Origin: Verrucomicrobiales bacterium
Lineage (GTDB): Bacteria; Verrucomicrobiota; Verrucomicrobiia; Limisphaerales; UBA9464
DNA length: 62,979 nucleotides
Direction of reading: 5' to 3'
Assembly (NCBI GenBank): GCA_005805505.1
Contig: SYMJ01000194.1
Span: 1-62,979 of the forward strand
Shown: piece by piece, positions 57,202 through 62,979 of the stretch
Numbering within the stretch: the stretch's first letter is position 1
Layout of the letters: the number at the start of each line of letters is the position of its first letter
The notes under the pieces: model-generated
Seen by the model: the letters and a program-made list of their open reading frames with translations, nothing else
The model's database searches: none
What the model was told of the DNA's origin: nothing
Made by a program: the position numbers and the translations under genes

Positions 57202-60200
57202 ATGACCCCGAAGATTTGTCTGCAAGTGATCCCTCGCAGACTTCGGCCCCGAAAACTCGGCAGGGTCGCTCAGTGGTTGCTCATTGTTCTTTGGGTCGGA
57301 TCGGCCGCACAAATCAGCCTCGATCTTCAGGCTCAAACCCTGATTCCCATGAGCGCACTGTGGCGCTGGCGGCCGGGAACCAATGAGGCCTCAGCTCCGG
57401 TCACGGCGTGGCGCACCGTCGAGTTCAAAGAGACTCAGTTCGCGTCGGCTCCAGCCCCCTTCTGGTATGGCGATATTCTTCCGGGCGGCACCCAGATCAG
57501 CGGCATGCAGAATTTCTACGGGTCGCTCTTCCTGCGCCGCTCGTTCATCGTGCAGAACATCACCGAAGTGAGCGCCCTCCGACTCGGAGCGCTGGTCGAT
57601 GATGGATTTGTCGCCTGGATCAATGGCACTGAGGTGCTGCGGGTGAACGTGCCGGGTGCCTCTGGCGATGCGGTGGGCTTGGCAACCCTGGCCGACAACG
57701 CCGCAGAACCCGTTGCCTTCACGGAATACACCCTGCCCGATCCGGTGAATTACCTGCAGGCCGGGACCAATGTCCTCGCAGTCCAAGTTTTCCAGAGCAG
57801 CCTCGGCAGCAGTGATCTGGGCTTTGATGCCTCGCTGGAGGCCATCCAGAAAGACTCGGTGGCACCGACGGTGCTCCGCATGGATCCCGTCCCCGGTTCC
57901 ACAGTCGAGACGTTCACCGCATTAACAGTAACCTTCAGTGAGCCTGTCACCGGAGTCGTGGCGGCGCACCTGCTGGTCAACGGCCTCGGAGCCAAGTCGG
58001 TCACGGCCACCACTCCGGCCGCGTACCGTTTCGAATTCACCCAACCAACCTACGGAGCGGTCACCGTCGAGTGGGATTCCCGACTCGCTTTGGTGGATCA
58101 AGCCGAGCCGCCCAACCGCTTCGACCCGGCAGTCACAGGCAATGGAGGGGGGGCCTACCGGTTGGTGGATCACACACCGCCGACCCTCACCGGATTGTTT
58201 CCCGCTTCGGGAGCCACAGTGAGATCTCTGGATTCGGTCTCCGTCCTCTTCAGTGAACCGGTGACGGGCGTGGAGGCATCCGATTTTCTCATCAATGGTG
58301 TGCCCGCATCGGCGGTCACCGCCCTGAGTGAAAGCCAGTTCCGCTTCAGTTTCCCTGCTCCACCGGTCGGACCAGTGCAGTTCGCTTGGACCCTCGTTCA
58401 TGGCATTAACGACCTCGCCGCATCACCCAATGCTTTCGCAGGTCTGCCGTGGATCGTACGACTCGATCCCGACGCCTCCGAGGCTGCGCCGTACTTGAGC
58501 GAGTTCATGGCTTCCAACACGCGCACCCTCAAAGACGAGACCGGGCAATACGTCGATTGGATCGAACTCTTCAACCCCGCAGAGGCTCCCCTCAACTTGC
58601 GCGGATGGTCGCTCACGGATGACGCCGGCAACCTGACGAAGTGGCGGTTTCCCGAAACCAATCTGGCGGCCGGCGGATTCCTCGTGGTCTTCGCTTCAGG
58701 GGCCGACCGACGGACTCCAGGATCCCGCCTGCACACCAATTTCCAACTCGCCGCAGGGGGTGAATACTTGGCGTTGGTACGTCCCGACGGCACGAATATC
58801 GCCAGCGAGTTCAAAGCGACCTATCCACCGCAAGTGCCCGACCTCTCGCATGGAGTTGTCCAGGTACCTCAGGCCAATTCCTGGGATCGGGGACCTTCTG
58901 GCGTCTACTTCACGCGACCCACACCCGGTTCTGCCAACCTGGGGGGCACCGCCCTGCCGGGGCCCCTCATTGGGGAGGTCCTGCACACACCCAAGGTCCC
59001 CACGGACACCGAAGACCTCCGCGTCACAACCCGGGTCCGCAACACCTTCCAACCGGTGTCGAGTGTCACGCTGCGCTACCGCATCCTCTTCGGCGCGGAG
59101 ACCGGGATCCCGATGTGGGATGACGGGTCCCACGGAGACGGCGCCGCCGGGGATGGCGTCTACGCGGCCACCTTGCCTGCCGACTTGGCCTCACCCGGGC
59201 AAATGATCCGCTACCGAATCGTGGCCACGGACACCCTCGGCGCAACCTCCCGCTGGCCGCTCTTCCCCAGCGCGACCACCTCCCCAGAATACCTCGGCAC
59301 AATCGTCCAACCCACCAATTTTGTCACTCAGCTGCCGGTCTTCCACCTCTTCATTGCACCCAATCAACTGGCCGGCATCGACACCGAGTCCGGTGGTCGG
59401 ATCGCCCTCTTCCACGACGGCGAACTCTACGACAACGCCTACATGGAATTGCGCGGAAACACCTCGGCGGGACTCAACAAGAAGTCGCATCGCCTGGAGT
59501 TCAACCGAGGGTACGAACTCCGTCATCCCGGACCCGGCGGGAGTGTCCGCAAGTCGGCGCTCTTGGCCGAATACCTCGACCCAGCCTACTTGCGGCAGAG
59601 CCTCTGCTTCTGGTTTGTGGATGCAATCGGAGTCCCCTCCCCGTTCCACTATCCCGTCCGAGTCCATCTCAATGGTCAGTTCTATCAGTTGGCCTTCCAC
59701 AACGATGTCATCGGCCAAGAACAAGTGGAGCGCATGGGCTACGACCCACGGGGCGCCCTCTACAAGGCCGTGGGCAACCTGACCCCGGACTTCTCCAGCA
59801 CCGGCGTCTTCCAGAAACTCGAGCCCGACAACGACGCGAGCCGCACCGACTATCTTCAATTGGCCAACGGCATCCGGGAGACGTCCCCGCTAACGACGCG
59901 ACGCAACACGGTGTTCGACTTGCTCGATGTGCCCCAGGTCATCAACCACTTGGCCGGCACCCGATGGTGCGCCGAGAACGACGACGTGTGGGCCAACATG
60001 AGCCTCTACCGGGATACCTTCGGGGACGGGCTTTGGCGCAATATCCCCTTCGACATGAATGCGTCGTGGGGACAGCTCTACGGCGGCAGCAACCCGCTGG
60101 AGGCCACGGTGGATGGATCCAAGAGTCACCCGCTCTACGGAGGCTCCAGCACTGGCGGCAACTTCAACCGCCTCTACGACGTCATTGTTCGACTGCCCGA

Positions 60201-61620
60201 AACGCGCCAGATGCTGCTGCGTCGCCAACGCTCCATTCTCGACCTGCTGGTTCAACCGCCGGGAACCCCTTTTGAGAAGCGGATCCTCGAGAACCGCGTG
60301 ATCGCCCTAACCAACCTCATGGGTCCAGAGGCGCTGCTAGATCGCGCCAAGTGGGGCGCTTCACCCTGGGCCGGCAACAAGACCTTCGCCGCGGGCGTCG
60401 GCGACTTGCTCAACCAATTCATCGAACCGCGCCGACGCCACTGGTACCTCACCCACAGCATCACCAACACGGCACGGACCATTGGTGTTAATAATTCCAA
60501 CAACGCCGGCATCCCTCTGACGCAACCGGAAGACGCGGCCCCAGAAATCCTAGACGTAGAATTCAACCCAGTCTCCGGCAACCAGGCGCACGAGTTTTTG
60601 GTGCTCACCAACCGGTCAGGCCTCGCCTTGGACTTGAGCGGTTGGAAGCTCGATGGTGCCGTCAAGTTCACCTTCCACCCGGGCACGGTGCTCCCCTCCA
60701 ACAGCGTGGTGTACGTCAGCCCCGACGTCCGCCAGTTCCGCGCTCGCACCACCGGACCGCGAGGAGGTCAGGGACTCTTCGTGGTGGGCCCGTATTCTGG
60801 CCAACTCTCAGCCCGCGGCGAAACGCTCACGCTGCTCAATCCCCGGGGCAAGACCGCCCACCAACTCACCTACGCCGGCGACCCCAGCGCCGCGCAACGC
60901 GGGCTACGAATCACCGAGATCCATTTCAATCCGCCGGCCGGTCCCGTGGGTGCATCTCTGCCCGATGAGCTGGAGTTTCTGGAGCTGCGCAACCTCTCGC
61001 CCAGCGAGTCACTCGATCTCGCCGGCATCCGGCTGGTCGATGGCGTGGACTTCGACTTCTCCACCAGCACTGTGAAGCGATTGGACCCGGGCGCACGCCT
61101 AGTGATCGTCGCCAACGCCACCGCCTTCGCCGCTCGGTACGGAACAACAGTGCCGGTGGCCGGCCAATACGTCGGCCGCCTCGACAATGGTGGGGAACGC
61201 CTGCGGTTGGTCGATACCCAAGGCGAGGAGATCCTGGACTTCGGATTCAAGGACTGGTTTCCGGGCGCAGACGGCGGCGGCTTCTCCATGGAAGTGGTCG
61301 ATGAACAAGCCAGCCCGGATAGCTGGGGCGACAAGACCCAATGGCGCGTAGGGAGCGTTCTTGGAGGCAGCCCTGGTTCCGGCGGACCGGCGGAGGGTTT
61401 GCGTTTGAGCGCCGAACTCACCCCCGCCGGACTGCGGCTCCGCTTTCCAGCATTGGTCAATCAACGCTACTCGCTGCAAGTGTCGGAGGTGCTCGAACTC
61501 GGAGTCTGGTCCAGCCTACTGGAGGTGCCAGCCCTGCCCAATGCCCGAACCATCGAGCGCACAGAACCCCTCTCCAGCGAACGCCGATCCTACCGAGTGC
61601 TCGTGCCGGCGGGTCCATGA
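57202..61620 (+). CDS. Giant CotH-kinase-family protein with lamin-tail (LTD) domains, Ig-like repeats and a C-terminal domain of about 70 aa
   Basis: Signal anchor. Two Ig-like repeats (D.V/T.PT...F SEPVTGV). LTD (DWIELFNP...LRGWSLTDD). CotH core (YMELRGNTS...KKSHRLEF...LDPAYLRQ). Two more LTDs (FLVLTN...LSGWKL; FLELRN...LAGIRL). Confidence 0.8.
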   Translation: MTPKICLQVIPRRLRPRKLGRVAQWLLIVLWVGSAAQISLDLQAQTLIPMSALWRWRPGTNEASAPVTAWRTVEFKETQFASAPAPFWYGDILPGGTQISGMQNFYGSLFLRRSFIVQNITEVSALRLGALVDDGFVAWINGTEVLRVNVPGASGDAVGLATLADNAAEPVAFTEYTLPDPVNYLQAGTNVLAVQVFQSSLGSSDLGFDASLEAIQKDSVAPTVLRMDPVPGSTVETFTALTVTFSEPVTGVVAAHLLVNGLGAKSVTATTPAAYRFEFTQPTYGAVTVEWDSRLALVDQAEPPNRFDPAVTGNGGGAYRLVDHTPPTLTGLFPASGATVRSLDSVSVLFSEPVTGVEASDFLINGVPASAVTALSESQFRFSFPAPPVGPVQFAWTLVHGINDLAASPNAFAGLPWIVRLDPDASEAAPYLSEFMASNTRTLKDETGQYVDWIELFNPAEAPLNLRGWSLTDDAGNLTKWRFPETNLAAGGFLVVFASGADRRTPGSRLHTNFQLAAGGEYLALVRPDGTNIASEFKATYPPQVPDLSHGVVQVPQANSWDRGPSGVYFTRPTPGSANLGGTALPGPLIGEVLHTPKVPTDTEDLRVTTRVRNTFQPVSSVTLRYRILFGAETGIPMWDDGSHGDGAAGDGVYAATLPADLASPGQMIRYRIVATDTLGATSRWPLFPSATTSPEYLGTIVQPTNFVTQLPVFHLFIAPNQLAGIDTESGGRIALFHDGELYDNAYMELRGNTSAGLNKKSHRLEFNRGYELRHPGPGGSVRKSALLAEYLDPAYLRQSLCFWFVDAIGVPSPFHYPVRVHLNGQFYQLAFHNDVIGQEQVERMGYDPRGALYKAVGNLTPDFSSTGVFQKLEPDNDASRTDYLQLANGIRETSPLTTRRNTVFDLLDVPQVINHLAGTRWCAENDDVWANMSLYRDTFGDGLWRNIPFDMNASWGQLYGGSNPLEATVDGSKSHPLYGGSSTGGNFNRLYDVIVRLPETRQMLLRRQRSILDLLVQPPGTPFEKRILENRVIALTNLMGPEALLDRAKWGASPWAGNKTFAAGVGDLLNQFIEPRRRHWYLTHSITNTARTIGVNNSNNAGIPLTQPEDAAPEILDVEFNPVSGNQAHEFLVLTNRSGLALDLSGWKLDGAVKFTFHPGTVLPSNSVVYVSPDVRQFRARTTGPRGGQGLFVVGPYSGQLSARGETLTLLNPRGKTAHQLTYAGDPSAAQRGLRITEIHFNPPAGPVGASLPDELEFLELRNLSPSESLDLAGIRLVDGVDFDFSTSTVKRLDPGARLVIVANATAFAARYGTTVPVAGQYVGRLDNGGERLRLVDTQGEEILDFGFKDWFPGADGGGFSMEVVDEQASPDSWGDKTQWRVGSVLGGSPGSGGPAEGLRLSAELTPAGLRLRFPALVNQRYSLQVSEVLELGVWSSLLEVPALPNARTIERTEPLSSERRSYRVLVPAGP

Positions 61621-61716
61621 ACTCAGGCAGGCCATCACCCCGACCCAACAACAAACAGTCCCAACAAACAGTCTGGAACCCACGGTCGGTCGAGCGCAGT
61701 TTTGCTTCCAATCACC

Positions 61717-62958
61717 ATGAGTCTCTCTGCTACCGATGCCTTAATCCGACTCCACCCGGAAGACGATGTCGCCGTGGTCCGCCGCCGCATCCTCGCTGGC
61801 GAGAGTGCGGGTGAACTCACCTTCCAAGGCTCAATCCCGGCTGCCCACAAGGTGGCGCTCCGGCCGCTGGCCCAAGGGACCCCGGTTCGCAAATACGGAC
61901 AGTTTATCGGACGGGCTTCGATGGACATCCCGGCCGGAGCCCATGTGCATGTGCACAACTTGGACACCGGTGAACTGTCCACAGGCGACCATTTTCTAGA
62001 ACCCACCGCCCCATGGCTGCTCCTGCCCGAGTCGGAACGACTCACCTTCCAGGGCTTCACTCGCCCGGGCGGCCGCGCCGGCACGCGGAACTACGTGGCA
62101 GTGATTTCGTCGGTGAACTGTTCGGCCAGTGTCTCGCAATTCGTGGCCCGACGCTTCACCCCTGAGGCGCTGCGGCGCGACTTTCCCGGCGTCGACGGCG
62201 TCGTGGCCTTCACCCACAAGGCCGGCTGTGCCACGGCCGACGAGGGCACGGAAATTCTCCAGCGAGTGCTCGTTGGAATCGCCCGCCATCCCAATATCGG
62301 AGCCTACGTCATTATCGGATTGGGCTGCGAAACCAACCAGGCCGCAGCCATGGTGCGCCGGCACGGATTAGATCAGTCAGAAACGGGCAGCGAACCCCCA
62401 CTGGTGCTCAATATCCAGCAGCAGGGCGGCATCAGCCGTACGGTGGAAGACGCCGTCAAAGCCGTGAGCGGTTTACTGCCTGCGGTCAACGCTCAGCGCC
62501 GATCCACACAACCCTTGAGTCGACTCATCGTGGCGCTGAACTGCGGTGGTTCCGATGGCCACAGTGGGATCACCGCCAACCCGGCCCTGGGATGGGCTTC
62601 CGACCAAATTATCCGCCACGGCGGCACGACGGTCTTGGCCGAGACTCCGGAGATTTATGGCGCCGAACACCTGCTCACCCGTCGCGCGGTGAGCCGCGAG
62701 GTGTCTGATGCGCTGCTCGAACGGATTCGCTGGTGGGAAGACCACGCCCGGAAGCACGGAGCCTCGATGAGTAACAACCCTTCGGCCGGCAACAAAGAGG
62801 GCGGCCTGACCACCATCTTCGAAAAGAGCCTCGGCGCCGTGGCCAAAGGCGGCCAAGCCCCGCTCATGTCGGTGCTGCACTATGCCCAGACGATCACGGG
62901 ACCTGGCCTGTGCTTCATGGATACGCCCGGCTACGACCCGGAGAGCATGACGGGATAG
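61717..62958 (+). CDS. Altronate/galactarate dehydratase family (UxaA/GarD-like) gene, interrupted by an in-frame TAG at 62956..62958; homology continues to the window end
   Basis: SAF-like N-terminus (IRLHPEDDVAV...IPAGHKVAL-type). GTRNYVAVISSVNCS and LNCGGSDG motifs. Reading continues as ...GYDPESMTG-stop-VAGGCTV. Confidence 0.7.
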   Translation: MSLSATDALIRLHPEDDVAVVRRRILAGESAGELTFQGSIPAAHKVALRPLAQGTPVRKYGQFIGRASMDIPAGAHVHVHNLDTGELSTGDHFLEPTAPWLLLPESERLTFQGFTRPGGRAGTRNYVAVISSVNCSASVSQFVARRFTPEALRRDFPGVDGVVAFTHKAGCATADEGTEILQRVLVGIARHPNIGAYVIIGLGCETNQAAAMVRRHGLDQSETGSEPPLVLNIQQQGGISRTVEDAVKAVSGLLPAVNAQRRSTQPLSRLIVALNCGGSDGHSGITANPALGWASDQIIRHGGTTVLAETPEIYGAEHLLTRRAVSREVSDALLERIRWWEDHARKHGASMSNNPSAGNKEGGLTTIFEKSLGAVAKGGQAPLMSVLHYAQTITGPGLCFMDTPGYDPESMTG

Positions 62959-62979
62959 GTGGCCGGAGGCTGCACGGTC

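Overview
High-GC (about 60%) chromosomal segment. Its content points to a PVC-superphylum bacterium, most likely Verrucomicrobiota. The evidence is four prepilin-leader/H-X9-DG (DUF1559-like) pseudopilins, two giant membrane-bound-dehydrogenase/HEAT/cytochrome-c proteins, DUF1501, DUF1080, TAT-signal Gfo/Idh/MocA oxidoreductases, and an exosortase with a PEP-CTERM signal. I support about 50 CDS. Housekeeping genes include hemC, hemA, a ccsA/hemX-like gene, lpxA, panB, xthA, hisC, a hisN-like gene, tig, tmk, ffh, htpX, a cls-like gene and a nupC-like gene, plus the hopanoid side-chain genes hpnH and hpnJ. By eye I found no rRNA, tRNA, CRISPR array, transposase or integrase. The main candidate for a new system is a tightly coupled minus-strand operon (26121..21328). 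It runs orphan mini PEP-CTERM ORF, exosortase, EpsI, MlaE-like permease, a catalytically degenerate MlaF-like ATPase, then an MCE/MlaD-like protein with a repeat-rich tail. Other notable items: (1) two giant secreted proteins (1363 aa and a 1472 aa CotH/LTD protein) are each paired with a pseudopilin-like gene and share a roughly 70-aa C-terminal domain; (2) the only AT-rich island (13265..14600) carries a coiled-coil plus winged-helix protein with Rok/H-NS-like architecture; (3) a 105-130 bp structured intergenic repeat family occurs at three loci and shows compensatory changes in its inverted arms; (4) a UxaA/GarD-family gene has an in-frame TAG at the window end. All functional calls come from reading the translated ORFs against remembered family motifs. 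No searches were run.
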